From: Lama glama
Lineage: Eukaryota
DNA: 64,000 nucleotides
Assembly: GCA_028534125.1 (NCBI GenBank)
Contig: JAPYYK010000098.1
Span: 434,001-498,000 of the forward strand
Direction of reading: 5' to 3'
Shown: positions 49,481-60,309 of the stretch, in pieces
How the letters are laid out: every line of letters begins with the position of its first letter
How positions within the stretch are numbered: position 1 is the first letter of the stretch
Position numbers and translations under genes: made by a program
The notes under the pieces: model-generated
Databases searched by the model: none
The model's input: the letters and a program-made list of their open reading frames with translations, nothing else
What the model was told of the DNA's origin: nothing

Positions 49481-52400
49481 GGCTGGAGGCAGTGGGGGAG
49501 GGGAGGGTTGAGAGGATGAGTCAGCAACCTGGGGAGGCTTGGCCGGCCTGGGGAGGCAGCTGGATTTCATTCTAAGGGTCAAGGTTCACAGGGCTCCAGC
49601 CTCCAGCCTGGTCCAGGTGCTAACGGGTGGGCGTTTTAGCAAGCGGTTCGAGTTACCCACGTTTCAGAGAATTCTCCGAAAGATGACTCATCCCAAGTAA
49701 CAGACGAGAGAGCTGGGGCTGCATCCCGCTCCTGGGAGACGAAAATATCCCTTATAGAAACGGAGGGAGGGGAGGCGGCCGGGGGCGTACGGAGCGATGT
49801 TAAAATTAGAACAACCGTGTTCTCCTAATTAGAAATGCAGCCGGGCCACAGGAATCTGTAATGGGCTTCCTTGCAGAATTCTGGAAGGGGGAGGCCGGGG
49901 TCAGCTGTATGAATGTTCATGAGGAGCAGGGAGAGGCCCCCCACCCCAGGATGCGGCCCGCCCACTTCCAGGAGAGGCACAGCTGGAGGACAGGGGCTCC
50001 TCCCTGCTTGGCCACAAGCGAGGTGAATCTGGGCCCTCAGCCTACCCTGCTCTCTCTCAGCCTCGTCTCCCCGTGTGTGGAGGGGGGACCCTGTCCTCAG
50101 GAGATGGGGGAGAACCAGGTTCAGGACAGGATCCCAGAGGAGCACGCCCCCCTCGGCAGAATCAGGGCCCCTCACACGGGCTCTGCCGGCCTGGCGTTTG
50201 TTAAATGAATGAAAGAATGAATGAATGAAGGGATGGATGGATGAGAGCTCTTTGGCCTCCCCTTCCTTCTCCTGGTGGGGCTATTTTAAGCCTCCTGCTA
50301 GGCCCCGTTTGGGCACATCCGCACCGCGTCACATCAAACACATTAAAAGGCACCCACATGCCTCATTAAATAGAATTTATATATAACTATACAGCACTGA
50401 GTCGAGATGCAATTGACTAGTTGACTAATGCTATCTTCTGTGGACATTTAATTACACATTCATTCATTCTGACATGTCAGTGTGTCCTCCCCCCCATCTC
50501 ATACACGTTCACGCACTCCTGACACGTTCCCAGCTGCTCCAGCGGCTCAGGGAGGGGCCTCATCTCAGGGCCTCGGAGTCCCCACCTGTAAAAGGGGAGG
50601 GATGGATGAGGTGGCACCCCACTCAGTGCTCCCGTGGGGAGGACTGTGAGCGCCCCCTCCTTCAGAGGCAGTGGAGGGACAATGACTGCAGCCCCTCACA
50701 GGAGGGCGCCGGGCTGGGTGGTTTACCCGTGACCTCATTGAATTCCACGGCCTCCAGCGTCCACCAGGAGCGGATGTCCTTATCCCCATTTCACAGATGG
50801 AAAGGCAGAGGCTGGGGGAGGTGAGGACAAGCCCTGTGGGGCCCTGAGGCACCTGAGACAAAGTCCCCAAGGTTGTCTGAGGAGATGTGCACCTTAAACA
50901 TCATGGGGTGACGAGGACAGCCAGGGCCGTTTCCGGTCAGCATGACGGCATGACGCGGAGCTTGCCCACACGCTGACTGGTCGTTTTCACCGCCCTAGGA
51001 CTCTGATTGGGAAGAACCAGCCCAACACTCAGTGTGGAATGACAACCACCTCTAACTAAAATGACCGTTTTGTCCTTCTGTTTTATTTTGTGGATTCCCT
51101 TGTAACGACAGCAACGGATACCAAGTTTCATCTCAGGCTAAGCGTATTTGATAAGAAACCTCTTAAACGAAAAATAGTTTTGTCCAAAAAAAGGAAAGAA
51201 AAAATTCAACTCTGCACTTGGTGTGTACCCAGTGATGGTGAAACTCTTGAACGCATCATCTGAAGGACCCAATCTGGGGTTCCACTGGGTGAGTTGCCGT
51301 TCACATGCTGTGTGTCCTCAAACAAATCGCTCCCCCTCTCTGGGCCTCCCCATTTGTAATGAGGATTGTTACCGACAAGCTCCAGTGCTGACGATCTAAC
51401 GCTGAAGACTCCTTTTTCTGACTGTCTTCCCCTTCTTTGAAAGGCAGATCAACGTCTTCTGTATAGGTCTGGCCGACAGCGGACCACGAGCACTTAGAGC
51501 AGCCCTGAGTCCTGAGAGGGTGTTCTGTGTGCACGGGCTCCAGGAGCCTGCCCTGGGGACAGGAGACCCCAAGCAGGGCCTCAGTCCCACAGCGGGTTGT
51601 GTGCACCTGCTCTAAGCATCGCTGAAAGCAGAACGTTGTAGCCAGCCACCTGCTCCTAGTAGGTAGGACCTTTGGGGGTGAAGATCCTTCCTGATGTGCA
51701 GAAACAAATGATGCATAAGGTGACTGCAGTCACCGACCAGCCCCGTCAGGACTGGCCGCTAAGTGCTCCTCAGCCCCCCGAGCGAGGCGGCCTGACGGCC
51801 AGCGCTGAGCACTGGCAGCGCGGAGCATCGGGACAGGTGCGCTGGGTGGGGAGGGGGCCGGCAGGGGCTCCGGCCCCCAGGGAGCTGTTGAGATGCCGTA
51901 ATGCTTGTAAACACACGTTTACAGGAGTCTCTGCCTTTTGATAGGGGAACAGGAAACGTTCGCTTTATTGTACTGCAGAGCTGCTCTGGGCTTACTTGGC
52001 CGTATTATGTTAATTATGATTAATCAGGATTTCATTTTGTTTCATTTTTTAATTGATCGAATTCTCTTTGTTCCATTTCCCCCCCCGCTGCTCTGAAAAT
52101 TATGCCTTCTATCTCTGTTTTTCTAGTGGCCACGTTCATACTTTGAACATACATACTTAGGCTTCTAATCGTATCGTTTAACGCTGTCTCTGTTCCAACG
52201 TGGCCTCTGCAGACATTGAGGAAACCCCAGGCGGGGCCAGGCAGCGGGGCCAGGCAGCGGGGCCGAGGTAGAGTTAGGTCACACGCACCTTCCCCGAGCC
52301 ACGTGCTTTGCACACGTCCCCACCACCGCCTTAACTTATCCTGACCGCAGCCTGGAAGGGAGGGTGAGTCTCTCTGTTTACAGATGAATTCAGTGACACT

Positions 52401-52899
52401 TCAGAACTGAAGACAGTGGCGCAGGGCTTATTAACAAGTTGGTGGCCAAGCAGGATTTCTAAGTCCTGGTTCCTTCTACCATCTTTTGTCTGTCTGTCTG
52501 TCTGTCTGTACTGTCCACCACTTGTCTGTACTTCTTCAACAAAGGGCCAAGTGAGCTGGAGCGTAAAGACAGGCGGATGCTGGAGGTCAGGGTGAGAGTG
52601 TGCAGGGGGAGGGGAGAGCCCCCCCATGGCCAGGAGGCCCCTGCTTCCTGCCAGGGAGGGCTCAGGGTGCCCCGTGGAGCCCTGGGTGGGCGCCTTCCTG
52701 CCCGCAGGCTGTGGGGAGGACACCTGTGCTGGTGCAGGGCGGGTAGGGGTGAGGGGTGCCCCCCTCGGTCACTCATTCATCAGAAGCTTCCTGAGCGCTG
52801 CTTGGTGGCAGTTCGTGGGAGCAGAGGTTCAGGGATCAGAATCCGGTGAGGTCAGAGGAGACGGGCAGAGAGAACATCATACCTGGAGATCATTTGATT

Positions 52900-53500
52900 C
52901 TCTTTCAGTGCACTTATTATCATGGCTATATTCTGAATAGGTAATGCATATGCATGGAAAACAGTATCTGAACTTTACCAAATGCTAACGAGTCAGTCTT
53001 TCCACACCTAGGGTACTGCTGTTTTCATAAAAGGTAAAACACACATGAGGAGGTGTAACAAGTCCAGGGGCAGCCGCCTTCAGCATTATCTGGAGCGCGT
53101 CCCTCTGGGAACGGTCTGTGCCTACTCAAGCACGCAGTCCTGCGTGCTCCTCCCCGCTTCCACACCGCCGGGAGCCGCCCACGTCTCCTGCTCCGTGCTC
53201 CCTTTCATCACTTCCTTTATTCTGAAGGTCACCCTTGTCAGTCCACAGAGCCCAACCTAGGCTCCAGCTGCAGATTTTCTGCAGAATGGGCTTTCCATGA
53301 TTCCTTTGAGCCAGTGAGTGGGTTTACTGTGGAATAAATTCCTAAGCTTGGCATTGTCAGGTCAAAGGGTGTGTGCATTTGAAATCTGGAGGACAGTTCG
53401 ATTCCCTCGTTGTCTTCCAAGGAGTGTGTGCTATTGTCATGCCGGCCGTGACGGAGAGTTAGGGCAGATTTTCCCACAGCCCTACCAAACTGGAAACCAT
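52900..53500 (-). mobile_element. Ancient L1ME-like 3' fragments
   Basis: ataggtaatgcatatgcatgg...; ggaataaattcctaag...ggtcaaagggtgtgtgcattt...ttttcccacagccctaccaaactgg. Confidence 0.55.
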
Positions 53501-54404
53501 CTTTAAAAAACAGCAGGAGGAAGAGCCTCAGAAGCTAAAAGGAGCTTCCGTGTGGGCTGGGGGAATCAGAGAGGGCTCCTGGAGGGAGATGCCACTTAGA
53601 TTGGATTTTGAAGCATGCATAGGAGTTTGCCAGTCTGAAGAAGGTGAGGAAAGAGTATCTGGAAGAAGGAACAGCATGTACCAAAGTGCCAAGAGCTAGG
53701 GGTGCAGAGGAGGGGACGCAGATGCCAGGGAATGAGGGGCGGTGTGTCTGTGCCTTCACCCCTTTCTCTTCTGCACCCTCCGCAGCAGCCTTCATGTCAG
53801 GGGGAGGCTTTGTGGAATAATCAGTAAACCACTGGAAACGGGCAGGGTGGGGAGCAGCAACACACAGAGCCTGGAGTTTAAGGTCAAGATGGCCCCCCGC
53901 TTCTAACTCGCTGAGTGGCCTTGGGCAAGTCACTCCCCTCTCTGGTGTTAGCTTCTTCATTCGTAGGGCATGCCTGAGAACCCACACCCCGGACTGTGAC
54001 GGTGGCTGCCGCCTTCCACCCGAGACAACTGCAGCTGGGAGGGGCCTGTCCCAGAGGAGCCCCAAGTTAGATTCTTTGGATGGCCCTTAGAACCTTGGCA
54101 GCTGATACACAGTTTTTAAAAGCACGGCCATCTTGGGCTGGAACGGCCCGCTGCCACACCTGCGTCTGCGTCCTGGGGTCCAGGTCTGTCACGGGCACTG
54201 AGAGCCACATCTCACCGCATCCGTCACGACAGTTCAGACGGCCATTCCATCAGAAGCACAGGGATCAGGGCTCCTCGGGGCCTGGAGAGGCTGGTCCGCA
54301 CTTCCCTGCCCTGCATCGCCCCCTCCAGCGGACCCGACGGAGACGCGCGGGGAACGGTCCAGCTCCTTAACTGAAGCCATTTTGGTAGCGAATGAAGTTT
54401 TACT

Positions 54405-56280
54405 CGTGTGACAGCTTTAGTGAGACATAATTAACATACCATGCAAGTCACCCTTCGAAAGTGTACAAGTTAGTGCTTTTTAGTACCTTCCCAGAGTTTT
54501 ACAGTCAATTCTGGAACACTCTCATCACCCTAGAAAGAAGTGCTCACCTACCCACCACCCGCCCGCCCCAGCCCTGTGCGTCCGCTCTGTAGGTTTGCCT
54601 GTCTGTCCCTGTAGACCTATTTGGGACGTCGCATATAAATGGAATCACACAACATGTGCTCTTGTGAGTAACGCCATCACCACATTCAGGTACAAGTTTT
54701 CGTGTGGATGTGTGGCTTTCAGCCCTTGGCTGGGTACCTTGGAGTAGAATTTCTCGGTCATACGGTGTAAATGCTTCAGTGTTTGAGGAACCGCGGATTC
54801 TTTTCAAAGCAGCTGGACCATTTTAGATTCCCTCCAGCAACGAATGAGGGCCCAGTTTCTCTACATTCTTGCCAACAAGTAGTATTTCTGTATTTGTAAC
54901 GTTAGCTAACCTACAAGGTGTGACGTGGTAGCTCGTCTTGCTCTTGATTTGCATTTCCCTGCTCCCTGGTGATGTTAAGTAGCTTTTCATGCGCTTTTCA
55001 TCCGCTTAAGAGAAATGTCTGCTCAGATCGTTTGCCCACTTCACATTGGGTAGTCGTTTAAATTATTGAGTTGTAGAGGTTCTTTATACACCCTAGAAAC
55101 AAGTGTCTTATGAGCGTTGTCATTTCAGTTTCTTAACTAATGTCCTTTGAAGCACAAAATTTTTAATTTCATTAATGTCCAGGTTCTCTAGTTTTTCTTT
55201 GGTTCCTTATGGTTTTGGTGTCATGTATAAGTCATTGTGATTTGTTTTATTGAAGGAGAGTTGACTTACAATGTTGTGTTAGTTTCTGGTGTACAGCACA
55301 GTGATTCAGTGATACATACATATTCTTTTTCATATTCTTTTGCATTATAGGCTATTACAATTCATTGTGACTTGATTTTGCATTTCCCTAATGATTAATG
55401 GTGTTGAGCATATTTTTGTCTGCTTATTTGCCACCTGTGTGTCTTCTTTGGTAAAATGTCTGTTCAAATCTTTTGCCAATGTTTAATAGGGTTGTTTATC
55501 TTGTTGTTAAGTTGGAAGAGTTCTTGAGATAGTGCACACACAAGCCCCTGGTTGAATGTACATTTTGCAAGTATTTTCTCCTGTACGATGGCTTGTCTTT
55601 TTTTTTTTTCTTCACTCTTAACTCTTTACTAGCTACCATGCATGAATTACAGCCACACAATGTGATGCTCTTTCAGGATGATGGCCTGAATCATAAAACT
55701 GCAAGTATGAGATGGACTCTATGCATTTCAGCAGGAAAGTGTGCGCGACAGCCAGTCTCCCTGTTTATCTTTTACGATTCAGTGCCTTCAGGGGCGTGTG
55801 GCTTATCTTTTTCTTAGGAGTGTCTTCTGAAGAGCAAAATTTTTTTTATAGCAATGAAGTCCAATGTATTGATTTCTTCTCTTTCAGAGTTGATGCGTTT
55901 GGTGTCTTGCTTAAGAAATCTCTGCCAAACTCCAGGCCATTCAGATTTTCCCCTAGAAGTTTTATACATCGAGCTCTCTCTTTTGGGTCTCTGCTCCATT
56001 CCCAGTTAATGTTCACAAACGCCGCGAGCTCTGAGTTGAGGCTCCCTCTTTTGCACGTGGATTTCCATCTGCACTGGCAACACTGGTTGCCATGTCCCCC
56101 ACGAGGCCACCTTGGCATCTTTGTCAAAACAAATTGGCCACGTATGTTTGGGTCTGTTTCTGCACCTTTTCCTGTCCTGTTGACCTTTCTGTCTAGCTGG
56201 ACATCGGTCCTCCTTGTACCGATGCTTTATAATAAGTCTTGAAATCACCAGGTGTGGGTCCTCCGACCTTGCTCCTCTTT
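54405..56280 (-). mobile_element. Degenerate L1M 3'UTR and ORF2 remnants (composite)
   Basis: Minus-strand peptides KVGGPTPGDFKTYYKA, CFDKDAK, IKLLGENL...GRDFLSKTPNA and TLDFIAIK are L1 ORF2 C-terminal motifs. 3' end acagctttagtgagacataattaacatacc. AT-rich and frameshifted. Confidence 0.88.
55241..55361 (-). mobile_element. Younger 5'-truncated L1 3' end nested in the older L1
   Basis: ttgaaggagagttgacttacaatgttgtgttagtttctggtgtacagc..., flanked by direct repeat TCATTGTGA (55232-55240, 55362-55370). Confidence 0.8.
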
Positions 56281-56284
56281 TTGG

Positions 56285-56455
56285 CAATATGAGTGGGGCA
56301 GTTTCTGTTAGATGGGTCTTTTCTGCGTGTCGTATCCCAGACCCCTGCTCGTGGAGTACCAGAGTGTCCCCAGTCATCGTGATGATCAAAAATGCCCCTC
56401 CCCTTATTTCCAAAAGTCCTGATGGAGTGCAGGATCACCCTCCCCCCACCCTCTA
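56285..56455. mobile_element. MER20B-like hAT fragment
   Basis: atcccagacccctgctc...ccccagtcatcgtgatgatcaaaaatgcccc...atttccaaa. Confidence 0.45.
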
Positions 56456-56479
56456 GGAGAAACTTCCTCAAAGGAACAA

Positions 56480-56800
56480 GACTCAGATGAGCATCAGCAG
56501 CACTGGAGGGAAAATAGAGAAGAAATAGAGGAAAATGGAACAAACCCTTCCAGGTTCTGAGGAAACTGATTTTGAACCGAGAATTCTATACCCAGCCAAA
56601 CTGTCAATCAAGTGTGAAGGCAAAATAAATAACTTCAGACACACAAGGACTCAAAGACCTTCCCACCAGCTGTCTCTGGGAGACTCACTAGAGGATGTGC
56701 ACAGCAAAATGGAAAACAAACCCAAGAAAGAGAAGACATAGGATCCAGGAAACCATGGACCCAGTCCAGAAGTGTAATGCTGAGAAATCTCTGACGAGAG
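56480..56800 (+). mobile_element. HAL1 / L1 ORF1-like remnant
   Basis: ORF 56535-56741 contains FEPRILYPAKLSIKCEGKI, the conserved L1 ORF1p C-terminal motif. Confidence 0.8.
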
Positions 56801-57989
56801 CCATGTAGCTGGCCGAGGTAGCTGCTGGGCCAGATTACAACAGTGAGTCAGAGAGCGCTCAGAGGAAGGTTTTTAAGGAGAAAAATGAATATCCTACAGC
56901 AAATGGTAATATTCCAAAGATCAATGATCTTACTGATACACTGAATGTGGATTAAGAGACGCTTCCAACATGCCTTCCCTTCCCGTCTCCTCCTCCAAAT
57001 TTTTGCCTCCTTTATTTTCTTTGGAGTGTGTAGCTGCATCTTTTTCCTTCCCCCTGCATTTCAATTCAAACGCCTCTGGCCTTGTGTTTATGTAATGATA
57101 GTACTGGAGAAGCCTAATGCTGGGTTTTCAGGTTTAGAACCTCTCTCTATAAAGCATGGAGACTTTGACTAGAGTTCCAGAACAGCATATAAATCGCATA
57201 AATCACAACACAGTCCAAGGAGCAGAGTGAGACAGAGTGGGGGTGAGGGGAGAGGAGGCCTGCTGCAGGAGGTTTACTGGGCAAGCCCTTGGGCTCAGCA
57301 CCAGCGGGGGGAGCTGCCCCTCCCCAATCAGCTCCCCCCCCCCAATAATCCTCACTCACATGTCCCAGGACGTAGGCCTGAATTTCCTTTATTCCTGAAC
57401 ATTTGCAGAGACCCCACATATGTTGCCAGGGTCAGGTCTCCCAAAAAAGTCAAGAGAAGCCAGGGCCATAGCCCTGTTGGGGGGGCTCCTGGTGTCTTTA
57501 TAAAATGAGGAAATAGACTAGGGTTGCAGAGATGTTGGTGTATTTTCAATGTATAAACTGAAATGAGAAACACTTTACACACATGGGCAGGATGTCATAT
57601 AATCGTGCCTTTCACAAAATAATTACGGGATTGATAAAAATATCAATTTCTGGAGCATCATAAGGAGCCTAGAATGAGGGGGAAGTTTAAAGGTGACTGC
57701 TAAGAGTTTTCGCTCAGGCTGCTGTGTGTATAACCTCATCTGAAGGAAAAGTGCTCGGTGGATTTGAGGACCCCAAATAGCCCCACTGTCATTCTGTCCC
57801 TCTCCATAGGCCGTGCCCAGGGGCCCCCCAAGGAGGGCTCAGGTCCCTGGAGGGTCTGGGGTCTCGGCACACAGGGCTCACCCCCTCCTGGACGTAAAGG
57901 GACATCAAGAGACGCGGGCATGGGATACCGCGTTCTGTCAAAGCCAGTGTGATGCCAGCTTTAACGAAGGGAGCAACAAAATGTGCTTT

Positions 57990-58145
57990 ATTACAGTTTA
58001 TAAATCTATGAGATGTAGCTAAAGCTTTCCCCAGAGGTAAATTTATAGCCTTAAAATACACTTGCCAGAAAACAAGAAACAATGGAAATAACTGAATTCT
58101 TCCATAACGTAGAAAAATAACGTTTAGCCCTAAAGACATTAAAAG
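57990..58145 (+). mobile_element. L1 ORF2 remnant
   Basis: aatctatgagatgtagctaaagct...agaggtaaatttatagccttaaa = degenerate NLWDAAKAVLRGKFIALN motif. Confidence 0.7.
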
Positions 58146-58982
58146 TGTGAAAACGACAATGGTTTTTAAAAGTCAAGACTTAGAAAACACGGCTGCTGAG
58201 GAAGTCGAGGCCCAGAGGCAAAAAAACCTGCTGAACTTGTCCAGGCCAGCGTTGCGGTGGGTCCGCGGCCTGCAGGCCATCGCACCAGGCCCCGGGAGCG
58301 CGCGGAGGGCCCAGGCCCGGCCTCGGCGGCTGGTCCGCATCGGCCTCGCGGGGTCGTCGGCGCCCCCGACCGCTTAGAGCGCGGCCGGGACAGGCCAGGA
58401 AGGTGTCTTGCTTGTGCAACACAAGGAACCCTGCGCTTTCGGAGACTTACATCAAAAAAGATGTCACGGCGCTGATGAGTTCATGAGTTCTTTTCCTGCT
58501 CACACGCCAGTCGTCGGCTGATAGTATGAGTTGGAAGTTTTAGTCTGCCGAAATGCTGCTTTGTGAAATTTGGGCATCAGCGCGGCCGGGGCGGCGGTGC
58601 GGAGGCGCGATTCGCACCCGGGTGGCGGCGCGCGGGTTGCGGGGCCGGCAGGCGGCGCCCTCCCTCCGCCGCCGCCGCCGCCTCCCTCCCGACTCCTCCC
58701 GCGCCGGCCGCCCCGGGCTCCGGCTCCCGCTCCCCCTCTCGTCGCAGCCGGCACTTTGCAAACTCCTCGCTCGCCCGCCCGCGGCGGCCGCAGCTCCGCG
58801 CCCTGCCCGCCCCGCCGCGTCCGTGGGGCCGCGGGCGGCGCGGAGGCGCCGGGGGGCGGGCGCGGGCGGAGGCGGGAGCCGGGCGCCGAGGCGGGGCCGC
58901 GCCAGCCCCGCGCGCCGCGCCCCCCGGGCCGAGCCCCGCGCCGCGCCGCGCCGCGCGGAGCCGCCGTCCCCGCCGCGCAGCC

Positions 58983-59036
58983 ATGGCCGCCCCGCCGCCG
59001 CCGCCGCCGCCGCCCCGCCGCCGCCCGCTCGCCTGA
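58983..59036 (+). other. Upstream ORF (17 aa, MAAPPPPPPPPRRRPLA*) in the presumed IQSEC1 5'UTR
   Basis: gcagccATGG strong Kozak; TGA ends 9 nt before the main ATG, same frame. Translation is not demonstrated. Confidence 0.6.
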
Positions 59037-59045
59037 GGCGGGACC

Positions 59046-59305
59046 ATGGCGAGCGCCGCCGAGCCCCCCGGCCAGGCGGCCGAATACCTGCAGGAGCTGA
59101 CCCGGATCGTCGCGGCGCAGCAGGAGCTGCTGGCGCGCCGGCGGCGGCGCATCGAGGAGCTGGAGCGCCAAGTGGCGCGGCTGAGCCGCGAGAACGCCGG
59201 CCTGCTGGAGCGGCACCGGCGGCACCTGGCCGCGTGCGCCCGCCGCCCCGACCCCGGCCCCGAGTCGCTGGGCGCCATTCCGGAGCTCGGCGGCCACCGA
59301 GACAA
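59046..59305 (+). CDS. IQSEC1: IQSEC1 (BRAG2, ARF-GEF) distal first coding exon, N-terminal coiled coil; 3'-partial gene
   Basis: Strong Kozak ggaccATGG. [40 protein letters not shown] resembles the recalled N-termini of IQSEC2 ([40 protein letters not shown]) and IQSEC3. Donor GACAA|gtaagc (phase 2). IQSEC1 is the known same-strand downstream neighbour of NUP210. Confidence 0.88.
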
Positions 59306-60138
59306 GTAAGCGGGCACCGGGGGCGGCGGGCGTGTCGGGGGCGCGCGAACTTCTTGGGGGGCCCCACTCCCCTCGGGGCCGGGCTGGGGAGCGCCCCTGC
59401 CCGCCAGGAGACTCTGGGCGCCCTGGCGTATCCCCGGCGGGGTCGCGGCCCCGACCTGGGGCTCGGTCTCGGCGGGGACTGAGCTCCCGGGGAAAGGGGC
59501 TCCGGGGCGCTGCCCTGCGCTCCCGCCTGCCAGGCTCTCAGCAGCCGGCCGGCTCGGGATTCGGGCTCCCGCGACTCTGGAGCTCGGTTGCGGGGTCGGC
59601 CTCGCTACAGGGCGCAGCCCTGGGGCTCTGGGTAGCGGGGCCAGAACTCCTGACCCGGAGACCCGGAAGGGAGGGAGCGCGGCAGGCACGGATCCCGCCC
59701 TCGAGCCCGCCTGGGTCACTTGCGGGTCGCATCCCTCCCGAGGGGACTCTGTGCAGCCTCCAGCCCAGGACGCGCCTAGCCCTCTTCCCTCTGGACGCCT
59801 TCGTCTCTTCTTCGTGGCTCGGGGTTAATACCCTTCCCGTCTCGTCCCGGGATTACCCGGGGCTATTTCGGTTCAAGGATTAAGCAGGGGACGGGATGGG
59901 GCGGGACCGCCCAGCCGTACTGGCCTCGGCTTCCCGGCCGCGCGTTTGCCTCCCGTGGGTCCGAAGTCGCGTGCGCGGCCCCTCTCCGCTGAAGTCCCGG
60001 CGCCCATCTGGGGCGGGGCAGGGAGCACCGAGCACCGGCTGGGTTGGGGTTCCTGCGTGCTCTGCACCCTGTCTAACCCCTTGGTCCCCTTGTCTTTGGG
60101 ACCATCTGGCTCACACTCCATGGACTGCGGCGGAGGGG

Positions 60139-60142
<4 letters not shown>

Positions 60143-60177
<35 letters not shown>

Positions 60178-60270
60178 CATCTGGTCATCCCAGATCCCGT
60201 GGCTGTGCAGGCTGTGTGTGTGTGTGTGTGTGTGTTCATCTGGTCATCCCAGATCCCGTGGCTGTGCAGG

Positions 60271-60309
<39 letters not shown>

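Larger units (their letters stand above)
58240..60060. promoter_or_regulatory. CpG island / promoter of the distal IQSEC1 first exon
   Basis: Extremely GC- and CpG-dense, with GC boxes (GGGGCGG) and CCG runs, surrounding a Kozak ATG and a canonical splice donor. Boundaries approximate. Confidence 0.9.

Noticed and set aside
55712-56741. ORFs with L1 ORF1/ORF2 motifs as active or domesticated genes
   Set aside because: Fragmented across frames, interrupted by other elements and highly diverged; these are fossils.
40190-59046. NUP210-IQSEC1 read-through or fusion transcript
   Set aside because: Same strand and only ~19 kb apart, but NUP210 has a good poly(A) signal and the IQSEC1 exon is a first exon with no evident acceptor. 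No sequence support.
58500-59719. Several overlapping 150-380 aa ORFs on both strands
   Set aside because: Stop-codon depletion in a CpG island; low-complexity R/A/P/G translations. Only 59046-59305 has homology, Kozak context and a donor.
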